A stretch of DNA of 64,000 nt, taken from Gemmatimonadota bacterium. Lineage in GTDB: Bacteria; Gemmatimonadota; Gemmatimonadetes; Longimicrobiales; Gaopeijiaceae. The stretch lies in NCBI GenBank assembly GCA_039589315.1, contig JBDHHQ010000021.1, positions 32,001-96,000 of the forward strand, read 5' to 3'. The position numbers and the translations under genes were made by a program. Under the pieces are notes generated by a model that saw nothing but the letters and a program-made list of their open reading frames with translations, was not told where the DNA came from and ran no database searches. Below, one piece after another: positions 1-8,236 of the stretch (positions are counted from its first letter, which is position 1; the number at the start of each line of letters is the position of its first letter).

Positions 1-21
1 TTCGCATGTCGGCTCCGAAGC

Positions 22-408
22 TCACGTCCCCGACCCGACCTCCTCGATCATGAGCTCCGGATGGCGGCCGGGCAGCGCCACCCTGAACCAGATGAATGGC
101 AGCAGCGGATTGGGAAGCCAGTACTTCCAGCCAAGGCCGCGCACCGGCTTCTGACCGTCGAGCCGCAGATCCAGCCACACGTAGAGGAACTTATAGACGC
201 AGACGCCCGGAGCGAACTTCGCCCTGAAGCCCTCCGTCAACAGGTACTTCCGCGCTATGTAGTAGTTGCCTTCGAAGGGGGTGATCCCCCAGCCCACAGG
301 GCCCTCGGCCAAGAGGGTGCCGGAGGGCGTGTGGGTGATGCGAATCCAGCGCACGTGAGCCTCGCGCTGGTGCCCTGTCGAGGGAGACGGCCAAGCGAAC
401 CCGTTCAC
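22..408 (-). CDS. hypothetical protein, DUF427-like
   Basis: The pattern EGNYY...C.YK..Y..L...G....W.Y..P...I..RVA resembles the DUF427 family; the true start may be the internal GTG (VRWIRIT). Confidence 0.5.
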   Translation of the reverse strand: MNGFAWPSPSTGHQREAHVRWIRITHTPSGTLLAEGPVGWGITPFEGNYYIARKYLLTEGFRAKFAPGVCVYKFLYVWLDLRLDGQKPVRGLGWKYWLPNPLLPFIWFRVALPGRHPELMIEEVGSGT

Positions 409-539
409 CGCCTTCGATCATCCGTAGAACGAACCGGTGATACCATCCTCCGTAGCCCCAACGGGTGGGAGGCCTGGATGGTTCGCAGCGGCCTGAGTCG
501 AGCGACCGGTCACCCGAAAGGACCAGCACCTTCCCGGCC

Positions 540-1469
540 TCAGGTCGTGCTCGCGACCCTTCGACCGAGACGGATGGCCAGCAAGAGCAGCAGCGGAGTC
601 TGGATCACGACGGCTCCGATGGGGATCGCGGCCGTTTCCACCCTACCCAACAAGGTCCCGCCAACGAAGATCGCGAGGCCTCCGTTCCGGAGGCTGAAGT
701 CGAGAGCCAGCGTGAAACGGTCTTCGTCGTTGAGACCGAGCACGGTGGCCGTGCCGTATCCGAGGGCCAGGGTCACGATGGCGAACAGGAGCACCAGTGA
801 AGAAACCCACAGCGCGTCGGCCATCAACGCGTCGAGAACCCGGTACCCGACCAGGATCGCCACCAACAGGATGCCCACCACACTCCCCTTTCGGACGATC
901 GGCATCGCCCGGGCGGCCGCTACCGGCCACACAAGCCGCACGCCCATCCCGACGGCCAGCGGCACGATCATGGTGGCGAAGGTCTGGACCAGCATGGGTA
1001 GGATCGGCGTGCTGACCTCAGCGGCCTGACCCAGTCCGAGCCTCAAGCTCGTCGCGAGCAGCATCGGCAAGAGGAATGGCAGGGCCAGATTGCCGATCGC
1101 CGTGAGTGTGACCGAAAGCGGGGTATTCGCCCGCGCCAGATCCACGAGGAAGTTGACCATCGCAGCTGGAGGGCACACTGCAAGGATGATCAACCCCGCT
1201 GCCAGGTAAGGGGGGGGATCGAGGAGGATGGCGAGGCCCACGGCCACGAGCGGAAGCAGGACGAGCTGAACCGCCGTTGCCATGAACACGACGCGTGGGA
1301 ATCGTGCCACGCGCCCGAAGTCCTCAGGTGCCAGGCTCAGCCCCACCACGGTCATGATGTAGACCACGACTGCGGGAACGACGACCTGAATGACCAGATC
1401 CATGGGCGCATAGTCTGGCGTCCCGGACATCACCGAGCCAGGCCCGCTGTCATGCGACGGCCCGTGCAC
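540..1469 (-). CDS. bile acid:sodium symporter (BASS) family transporter
   Basis: Multi-TM protein with M..VGLSL...DF, QLVLLPL, CPPAAMVN and RNGGLA motifs; start uncertain. Confidence 0.85.
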   Translation of the reverse strand: MHGPSHDSGPGSVMSGTPDYAPMDLVIQVVVPAVVVYIMTVVGLSLAPEDFGRVARFPRVVFMATAVQLVLLPLVAVGLAILLDPPPYLAAGLIILAVCPPAAMVNFLVDLARANTPLSVTLTAIGNLALPFLLPMLLATSLRLGLGQAAEVSTPILPMLVQTFATMIVPLAVGMGVRLVWPVAAARAMPIVRKGSVVGILLVAILVGYRVLDALMADALWVSSLVLLFAIVTLALGYGTATVLGLNDEDRFTLALDFSLRNGGLAIFVGGTLLGRVETAAIPIGAVVIQTPLLLLLAIRLGRRVASTT

Positions 1470-1684
1470 CTAACCCGCGGTTGCTTCGCGGTCCGCCCCA
1501 CCGGGAGGTTGCGCTCCCCCTCCATCGGCACGATCTTCTGGCGATTTTTTCCGAATCCGGGCACTGACGGACAGTGTTCCAGACGACCCCACCAACGGGT
1601 CCCCGGATCTCCGGAAGAGCCATACCGGCAGCGGCTTGTCCGCAGTGCTGGTTCAGACGCAGCCAATCCAGGACGGCGGAAGGG

Positions 1685-2323
1685 ATGACCGAACGACTTC
1701 GGAACACAGGAGTCGCAGCGGCGCTCATCGTGGCGCTGAGCGGGTCGGCGTGCTCCGAGCCGACTCCGGGCCTTGCCCGGGGCGACGCTCTGTTCGACAC
1801 CTGCGTTCCTTGCCACGGCGCAGAAGGTCAAGGAAACCGGGAGCTTGGAGCGCCCGCCATCGCCGGACTACCTCAATGGTACGTCCAGGCCCAGCTCGAG
1901 AAGTTCGAGTCGGGATGGCGGGGCGCCCATCCGATGGACACGGTAGGGATCCGCATGAAGTCCATGGCGCGCTCCCTCGACCTCGAGGGCGACCTGGAGT
2001 CGGTGGCCGAATACGTGGCCACCATGCCGCCCACGGATCCCCAACCCGTTCTGCACGGTGACGCGCAGGCCGGTCAAACGGTCTATCAGGGAACCTGCAT
2101 CGCTTGCCACGGCCCGGACGGGCGGGGCAACGAGGCGTTGAACGCACCGCCGCTGGTGGGTCAGAGCGATTGGTACCTTCTGGCCCAGTTCCAGAAGTTC
2201 CGGAAGGGTTGGAGAGGCACGAATCCCAACGATACCTGGGGCTCGACCATGTACCCCAACTCCCTGCTCTACGAAGACGCCGCAGTGGAAGACGCCCTGG
2301 CCTACATCCAGACCTTGCAGTAG
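1685..2323 (+). CDS. diheme cytochrome c (c4/c553-like) lipoprotein
   Basis: Two CxxCH motifs (CVPCH, CIACH), each followed by AP.(I/L).G...WY...Q..KF..GWRG and a distal Met; lipobox-like LSGSAC; ATG at 1685 after GGAAGGG. Confidence 0.9.
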   Translation: MTERLRNTGVAAALIVALSGSACSEPTPGLARGDALFDTCVPCHGAEGQGNRELGAPAIAGLPQWYVQAQLEKFESGWRGAHPMDTVGIRMKSMARSLDLEGDLESVAEYVATMPPTDPQPVLHGDAQAGQTVYQGTCIACHGPDGRGNEALNAPPLVGQSDWYLLAQFQKFRKGWRGTNPNDTWGSTMYPNSLLYEDAAVEDALAYIQTLQ

Positions 2324-2338
2324 GGACACGATACGCGC

Positions 2339-2521
2339 ATGAGCAACGAAGTGAGTGCCCCGAAGGAGAATCTGCCGGTGGACGAAGCTTCCATCGAGGA
2401 CGCCTATCTGGCGATCCCCGACGAGGAGAATCCACCCATCATCGACGCTCGCAAGACGTTCCGCGTGACCGTGATCATGGCGATCCTGTTCATCGGAAGT
2501 GTCTTCGTCTTCATTCTTTGA
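2339..2521 (+). CDS. small single-TM membrane protein in oxidase operon
   Basis: 60 aa with an acidic N-terminus and a C-terminal hydrophobic helix; fills the gap between the cytochrome c gene and subunit II. Confidence 0.7.
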   Translation: MSNEVSAPKENLPVDEASIEDAYLAIPDEENPPIIDARKTFRVTVIMAILFIGSVFVFIL

Positions 2522-2543
2522 TCCGAGCGGAACCGCTGCGCCC

Positions 2544-3311
2544 ATGATCGAGAGTCTGATTCAGCAAGCATCGTCGTACGCGGCGTCCATCGACGGGATC
2601 ATCCTGTTGATCGCCGTGCTGGTGGGGTTCTGGTTCATCCTGGCAGAGGGCGTCTTCTTCTGGCTGATCCTGAAGTTCCGGGCCAAGCCCGGGCAGAAGA
2701 GCGACTACATCACCGGCAAGGAGAAGCATCTCAAGCGGTGGATCACGATTCCCCACGCGCTGGTGCTGCTGTGCGACGTCTTCATCGTCATAGGCGCAGT
2801 CCGGGTCTGGCATGAGGTCAAGCTCCAGCTGCCCGAACCCGACGCGACTGTCAGGGTCATCGGCCAGCAGTGGGCGTGGGTGTTCCAGCACCCAGGCCCC
2901 GACAACGAGTTGGACACCGGCGACGACATCTTCACGACCGACGAGCTGCACGTTCAGAACGATCGGACGTACCACTTCCAGCTCCAGTCGCGAGACGTGG
3001 TCCACAGCTTCTCGGTGCCGGTCTTCCGCCTCAAGCAGGACGCGGTCCCGGGCCGGACCATCACCGGTTGGTTCCGTCCTACGCAGACGGGTGAGTTCGA
3101 CATCCAGTGCGCCGAGATCTGTGGAATCGGCCACGGCGTTATGGGGGCCCGGATCCACATCGAGAGTGAGAGCGAACACGCCACCTGGATGGCGCTGAAC
3201 AGCCCTGGGGACGGCACCGGCTTGGCACTAGCCGGCCCGGTGGATGCCCCGGCACTCGCTCCGGCAGCGGACCACGACAGCCACGACCACAGTCCGTCGA
3301 ACACCCAGTAG
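2544..3311 (+). CDS. coxB: cytochrome c oxidase subunit II (CuA)
   Basis: Two TM helices, GQQWAW, DVVHSF and the CuA motif CAEICGIGHGVM; His-rich tail. Confidence 0.95.
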   Translation: MIESLIQQASSYAASIDGIILLIAVLVGFWFILAEGVFFWLILKFRAKPGQKSDYITGKEKHLKRWITIPHALVLLCDVFIVIGAVRVWHEVKLQLPEPDATVRVIGQQWAWVFQHPGPDNELDTGDDIFTTDELHVQNDRTYHFQLQSRDVVHSFSVPVFRLKQDAVPGRTITGWFRPTQTGEFDIQCAEICGIGHGVMGARIHIESESEHATWMALNSPGDGTGLALAGPVDAPALAPAADHDSHDHSPSNTQ

Positions 3312-3329
3312 CGGAGAGAGACGACCAAC

Positions 3330-5039
3330 ATGGCTCAGGCCGCCACGATTGCCGAGGGTGCCGAGCACCACGCTCACGAGCACCACGGTCCCCAGGGGAT
3401 CCTGAAGTACATCTGGTCCACCGACCACAAGATCATCGCCATGCAGTATCTCTTTACGGGGATGTTCATGGGTGTGATCGGTGGTCTGATGGCGTACGTG
3501 TTCCGTATGCAGCTGGCTTTCCCGGGTGTCTCGGTCCCCGGCTTCGGCGTGGTCTCGCCCGGTGAGTACAACGCACTCGTGACGAACCACGGGTCCATCA
3601 TGATCTTCTGGGTGGCGATGCCCGTATTGATCGCCGCCTTCGGGAACTTCCTGATCCCCCTGATGATCGGGGCGGACGACATGGTGTTCCCCAGGATCAA
3701 CCGGCTGTCGTTTCAGATCTTCTTCCTGAGCGCCGTCCTGATCCTTCTCTCGCTGGTGGTGGAGGGTGGCGGCTTTGGGGGCGCCTGGACGGCGTATCCG
3801 CCGCTTTCAGCCAATTCGGCCTACAACCTGACCAAGCTGGGCGCGACGCTCTGGCTCCTGGCCGTGGCGCTCGAGTTCGTGGCTTTCCTGCTGGGCGGCA
3901 TCAACTTCATCACGACGTTGATGAACTCCCGAGCCCCCGGGATGAAGGCCTACGACATCCCGCTGGTCTGCTGGATGATCGTGATCGCCAGCATCATCTT
4001 CATGCTGTCGGTGGGCCCGCTCATCGCAGGCGCGGTGATGCTGCTCTTCGATCAGGTGATCGGTACCGGCTTCTACGACCCGACCCGAGGCGGGGACCCG
4101 ATCCTCTGGCAGCACCTCTTCTGGTTCTTCGGCCACCCCGAGGTGTACGTTGTGTTGCTGCCGGCCATCGGCATCGTGATCGACGTCGTGGCCACCTTCG
4201 CCCGCAAGAAGGTGTTCGGCTACAAGATCATGCTCTACACGGCGGTAGCCACCGGCGTGTTGAGCTTCTTCGTCTGGGCGCACCACCAGTTCGTCGCCGG
4301 GATCGACCCCCGGATGGCGAACATCTTTACGGTCACGACGCTGCTGATCTCGGTGCCCATCGCCGAGTTGTGCTTCGTAATCATCGCGACGCTGTATCGA
4401 GGGTCGATTACGCTCAATACGCCCATGCTCTGGGCACTCTCGTTCATCGCAGAGTTTCTGATCGGCGGTGTCACGGGGATCTTCCTGGGAGCCAGCGGCT
4501 CGGATATCTACCTGCACGACACGTACTTCGTGTTGGCGCACTTCCACTACACGTTCTTCCCCATCGCCATCATCGGGGCATTCGCCGCGCTGACGTACTG
4601 GTTCCCGAAGATGTTCGGGCGGATGATGAACGACACTCTCGGGAAGATCCACTTCTGGGGAACGATCATCCCGTTCAACTTCATCTTCATTCCGCTGTTC
4701 GTGCTCGGGTTGGGTGGTCAGCACCGCCGGATCTACAACTTCCAGAATTTCTCCGAGCTGGCGGCCATGCAGCCCTACCGGGTCCTGGCCACGGTGTCGT
4801 TGATCGTCATGCTCCTCTTCCAGCTGGTCTTCTTCTACAACTTCTTCCGGAGCATGCGGAAGGGAGAGGCGGCAGGCAGGAACCCGTGGAAGGCAAACAC
4901 CCTGGAGTGGACGGCGGAATCGCCGCCGCCCCACGGCAACTGGCCCCGTGACGAGATGCCCCGCGTCTACCGCGGTCCCTACGAGTACGGGCACCCGGAC
5001 CGTGAAGAAGACTACTGGCCCCAGAACCTTCCTGCCTGA
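3330..5039 (+). CDS. coxA: heme-copper oxidase subunit I (A-family-like, atypical proton channels)
   Basis: STDHK, TNHG, DMVFPRIN, WTAYPPL, FWFFGHPEVY, WAHH, LHDTYFVLAHFHY and HRRIY motifs. Confidence 0.97.
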   Translation: MAQAATIAEGAEHHAHEHHGPQGILKYIWSTDHKIIAMQYLFTGMFMGVIGGLMAYVFRMQLAFPGVSVPGFGVVSPGEYNALVTNHGSIMIFWVAMPVLIAAFGNFLIPLMIGADDMVFPRINRLSFQIFFLSAVLILLSLVVEGGGFGGAWTAYPPLSANSAYNLTKLGATLWLLAVALEFVAFLLGGINFITTLMNSRAPGMKAYDIPLVCWMIVIASIIFMLSVGPLIAGAVMLLFDQVIGTGFYDPTRGGDPILWQHLFWFFGHPEVYVVLLPAIGIVIDVVATFARKKVFGYKIMLYTAVATGVLSFFVWAHHQFVAGIDPRMANIFTVTTLLISVPIAELCFVIIATLYRGSITLNTPMLWALSFIAEFLIGGVTGIFLGASGSDIYLHDTYFVLAHFHYTFFPIAIIGAFAALTYWFPKMFGRMMNDTLGKIHFWGTIIPFNFIFIPLFVLGLGGQHRRIYNFQNFSELAAMQPYRVLATVSLIVMLLFQLVFFYNFFRSMRKGEAAGRNPWKANTLEWTAESPPPHGNWPRDEMPRVYRGPYEYGHPDREEDYWPQNLPA

Positions 5040-5050
5040 GGTCCGATCAA

Positions 5051-5623
5051 TTGGATAAGCCCATCGCGACCACGCGCTACGCTACCGGGATCCCCACCGG
5101 CCGTCTGGCTGTCTGGTGGGTTCTCGCCTCCGAGGTCGTCATCTTCGGGGGCCTGCTGGCGTCCTATCTCATGTTCCGGCTCGGTCATCCGGAGTGGGCC
5201 GACGCCGCGGCGCACACCAACACGTGGATCGGCGCATTCAACACCTTCGTCCTGCTTACGTCGAGCTTCACCGCGGTCCTGGCCCACCAAGCCGCGGAGA
5301 AGGGCGACGGGCAGCTGGCGGCCAAGTACCTGGGGTTCACCATCATCGGTGCGGCCACCTTCATCGGCGTGAAGAGCTTCGAGTGGTACTCGGAGATCAC
5401 CCACGGCTATACCATCACGGCGAACGGATTCTGGAGCTTCTACTACACGGCGGCGGGGCTGCACGCGGCCCACGTGATCGCAGGCGCCGTCATCATGGCG
5501 TTCGTCGCGAGGGACGCGGCGCAGAACAAGGAGCTCCACCGGGTGGAGCTGATCGGAATCTATTGGCACTTCGTGGACGTCGTCTGGATCTTCCTGTTCC
5601 CCCTGCTCTACATCGCGAAGTAG
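5051..5623 (+). CDS. coxC: heme-copper oxidase subunit III (short form)
   Basis: SEVVIFGG, NTFVLLTSSFT, GLHAAHV and YWHFVDVVW motifs; TTG start after GAGG. Confidence 0.9.
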   Translation: MDKPIATTRYATGIPTGRLAVWWVLASEVVIFGGLLASYLMFRLGHPEWADAAAHTNTWIGAFNTFVLLTSSFTAVLAHQAAEKGDGQLAAKYLGFTIIGAATFIGVKSFEWYSEITHGYTITANGFWSFYYTAAGLHAAHVIAGAVIMAFVARDAAQNKELHRVELIGIYWHFVDVVWIFLFPLLYIAK

Positions 5624-5630
5624 GTACGAC

Positions 5631-6374
5631 ATGTCGGATCAATCCGGGCACGACATCAACTACAAGAAGATCTATTACACGCTGCTGATCCTGCTGGTGA
5701 TCAGCGTAGCGGGCCCGTTCTTGGGGATCTTCTGGGTCACGCTCATCACGGCCTTCGGGATCGCCTTGGTAAAGGCCAACCTGGTCGTCCAGAACTTCAT
5801 GCACCTGAAGACCGAGCGGCAAATCATGAAGTGGTTGCTGGCCGGGTCTCTCGTGCTCATGTTCCTGCTGTTCGCCGGTGTCGCCGCGGACGTGATGAAG
5901 CACGAAGGCGCCAATTGGGAGAACACGGCTGCCAAGGCCGCCGTGGCCCGGGGAATCCCGGACGCCGACCACGCCGAGGAGTCGGGTGAGGAGCACGGCG
6001 AGGGGTCCGGTGAGGAATCGGGTGCCGAGGCGGGGGCGCCGGAGGGTGGGGCCGCTGTGGCGGTCGCTGGGGCGGCCGAAGCCGCCGCGTTCGACGCCGA
6101 GGGCGCCTTCCAGGCGGTGTGCGCCACCTGCCATGGCTTGACGGGCGGCGGCGACGGGCCGGGTTCGGCGGCCCTGGAGCCCAAGCCCGCGGCCTTCGAC
6201 GACCGGGCCTTCTGGGAGACGCGCACCGAGGCCGACATGGTGACGGTCATCCTGCAGGGCGGTGCGGCGATCGGTAAGTCGCCCCTGATGCCCCCCTGGA
6301 ACGCGCTCTACGACCAGGCAAAGGCCGAGGCCCTGGTTGCCTACATCCGGGAGACCTTCGCGCCCGCCAGCTGA
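5631..6374 (+). CDS. cytochrome c oxidase subunit IV (CtaF-like) fused to a C-terminal cytochrome c
   Basis: N-terminal 3-TM domain with KANLVVQNFMHLK.E; acidic Gly/Ala linker; CATCH heme motif and SPLMPPW distal Met. Confidence 0.88.
   Translation: MSDQSGHDINYKKIYYTLLILLVISVAGPFLGIFWVTLITAFGIALVKANLVVQNFMHLKTERQIMKWLLAGSLVLMFLLFAGVAADVMKHEGANWENTAAKAAVARGIPDADHAEESGEEHGEGSGEESGAEAGAPEGGAAVAVAGAAEAAAFDAEGAFQAVCATCHGLTGGGDGPGSAALEPKPAAFDDRAFWETRTEADMVTVILQGGAAIGKSPLMPPWNALYDQAKAEALVAYIRETFAPAS
5976..6023 (+). repeat. 4 x 12-nt imperfect tandem repeat encoding the EESG/EEHG/EGSG/EESG linker
   Basis: gaggagtcgggt gaggagcacggc gaggggtccggt gaggaatcgggt. Confidence 0.7.
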
Positions 6375-6407
6375 CCCTCGGGTCGGCCGGCTGGGAGACG
6401 ATCGGTA

Positions 6408-7001
6408 ATGGAAGCCTCGACCTTGACGTTGGCGCGCCGCGAGCCGCAGCCGTCACCCCAGCTGCTTGCGAGCAGCGTGCTGGGCATGCTGCTGTTCGTA
6501 TTCACGGAGATCATGCTCTTCTCCGGCTTGATCTCGGCCCACGTCATCTTCCTGTCGGGCCGGGTGGGCGAAATCTGGCCGCCTCCCGGACAGCCTCGTC
6601 TGCCGTTCCAGGAGACGGCCCTGAACACGACGGCGCTTCTGGTGAGCGGCGTGGTCTTGCTCATTGCCCGGCTGGCGTACGCCAAGAGCCCGCGCCGGGC
6701 TCTCGTTCCCATGGCGATCTCGGTTCTGCTCGGCGCATTCTTCGTCGCCGCCCAGGGTGCGGAGTGGCTGGACCTGATCCGCGAGGGGCTCACGATGACG
6801 TCGAGCACGTACGGGGCCTTCTTCTACCTGATCGTGGGCACTCACGCGGTACACGCGGTGGCCGCCATCTTCGGTCTGGCGTGGGCTTGGCTGCGACTGC
6901 GAACAGGCGAGCTCAACAGCGCCCACTTCGACACGGTCCAGATCTTCTGGTATTTTGTGGTGCTCGTGTGGCCGGTGATCTACTTCCAGGTGTACGTGTG
7001 A
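6408..7001 (+). CDS. second subunit III-family protein (CoxP/NorE-like)
   Basis: TEIMLFSGL, NTTALLVSG, QGAEW, GTHAVH and FWYFVVLVW motifs. Confidence 0.88.
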   Translation: MEASTLTLARREPQPSPQLLASSVLGMLLFVFTEIMLFSGLISAHVIFLSGRVGEIWPPPGQPRLPFQETALNTTALLVSGVVLLIARLAYAKSPRRALVPMAISVLLGAFFVAAQGAEWLDLIREGLTMTSSTYGAFFYLIVGTHAVHAVAAIFGLAWAWLRLRTGELNSAHFDTVQIFWYFVVLVWPVIYFQVYV

Positions 7002-7231
7002 TGGCTCATCGCTGGATCCCCATGCTGGTGCTGGTGCTCCTGGTCGCTCTGCCCGAGGCGATCTTCGCCTGTCCCGTCTGCTTCGACGCGAGCGCCGAGA
7101 ACCGCGTAGCGTTTCTGAAGACCGCCATCGCTCTGTCGGTCCTGCCATTGGGACTGGTGGGAGGGACAGGCCTGTGGCTACGCAAGCGGTGGCGGGAGCT
7201 GTCCGGCGAGTCGGACGAAGATCTGGGCTGA
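7001..7231 (+). CDS. small membrane protein with signal peptide and CPVC motif
   Basis: TGATG overlap with the upstream stop; MAHRW...AIFA-CPVCF, then one TM helix and a basic stop-transfer segment. Confidence 0.75.
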   Translation: MAHRWIPMLVLVLLVALPEAIFACPVCFDASAENRVAFLKTAIALSVLPLGLVGGTGLWLRKRWRELSGESDEDLG

Positions 7232-7407
7232 CGAGGTCCTCCATCCACATTCCTGCCGGTCCAATCTCGGCAGAGCCGCAGGATCAACTCTCAGCTCAAC
7301 TCCAAGCCGCTCCGTCAGTCCTCGGCATGCCTGCGAAGACAAAGGAGCGGAGGCAAGCGGTTGGTGGAGGGCGGAGGCTGCCTGAGGGTACGACGGCAGG
7401 CTGGCCT

Positions 7408-7956
7408 CTAGGCCGGGGTGCCGCTCAAGTCCGCTACGTCGTTCCCCGCGTTGGCGCTCTCCCCCTGCTCCGCCTCGGCAGAGAGATGGGCTCTCCGGAG
7501 GAACGCCGTCATGGCTGTGGCCGTGAGCGCGTTGGCGACCAGGATGCTGCCCGCCCCGATCCGCCCGGCCACTCCTGGCATGATTACGCTGGCGCTCATC
7601 AGGAATCCGGCGGAGGAGAGCACGAAGAGCGCGCCGGCGGAGGCCGAGAAGGAAGTGGCGCGCGCCTCGACGAAACGGACGACCCAGGAGGCCAAGAGGC
7701 CCAGTATCATGAACGCGAGGATGTGGACGATCGTGGTCAGCGCCACCGCGTCGAGCCGGACCGCGCTCACGGCATCTGCGGCCTCGCCGAAGAACAGCAC
7801 GCTGCCCACCAGTGAGGGCGTGAAGAGCGGTTGCCCACCGATCGTGTCGAGCACCAGGAAGAAGAGCGCGACGACGGCCCCGCCAATGGCACCGGAGTAG
7901 AACGACTCGTACAGGACATCGGCCATCGTGGGCGGGCGGTGGTTCTCGTGCGTCAT
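7408..7956 (-). CDS. hypothetical integral membrane protein
   Basis: About 5 hydrophobic helices; D..GGQPLFTP, H and N within helices; RBS GGAGAGG before MTHEN. Confidence 0.75.
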   Translation of the reverse strand: MTHENHRPPTMADVLYESFYSGAIGGAVVALFFLVLDTIGGQPLFTPSLVGSVLFFGEAADAVSAVRLDAVALTTIVHILAFMILGLLASWVVRFVEARATSFSASAGALFVLSSAGFLMSASVIMPGVAGRIGAGSILVANALTATAMTAFLRRAHLSAEAEQGESANAGNDVADLSGTPA

Positions 7957-8236
7957 CGGACCTCTCCCTCCGGGCAACCAGGAGCCCGGACCTGCCGTAG
8001 TAGGCTCTACTCCCCCGAAAGCGTGAGCCTCTGGCGGAGTTCCGTGCGGAATGGCATCGATCGACCCGGGGGAGGGGAGACCCGGGACGGTCGCGCCGAG
8101 GTCCGCTGTGGGAATAAAGGCAACAGTAGGGCCTTCGCGCCCCCTTGGCGAGGGGCCCGGGGGCGGTGGTGCGTCGGTGGGCCCGATTGCCCGGCGGGTA
8201 CCCGGTGCCGACCGCTGCCGAGGGCGCCCTCGAGGC

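Noticed and set aside
61..1029. Long antisense or alternate-frame ORFs (also 3807-4994, 16962-18671, 21035-23392, 25406-28012, 40180-42276, 55716-57665)
   Set aside because: These are shadow ORFs typical of high-GC DNA: R/P/G-rich, motif-free and overlapping well-supported genes.
1525..1545. Sigma-54-like CGGCACG upstream of the oxidase operon
   Set aside because: The -12 element (TTGC) is not present at the required spacing.
3330..5039. Subunit I as a nitric oxide reductase (cNOR/qNOR/eNOR-type)
   Set aside because: It retains HPEVY with the crosslinking Tyr and A-family D-channel residues; NOR-type active-site substitutions are absent. NO activity is not excluded but is unsupported.
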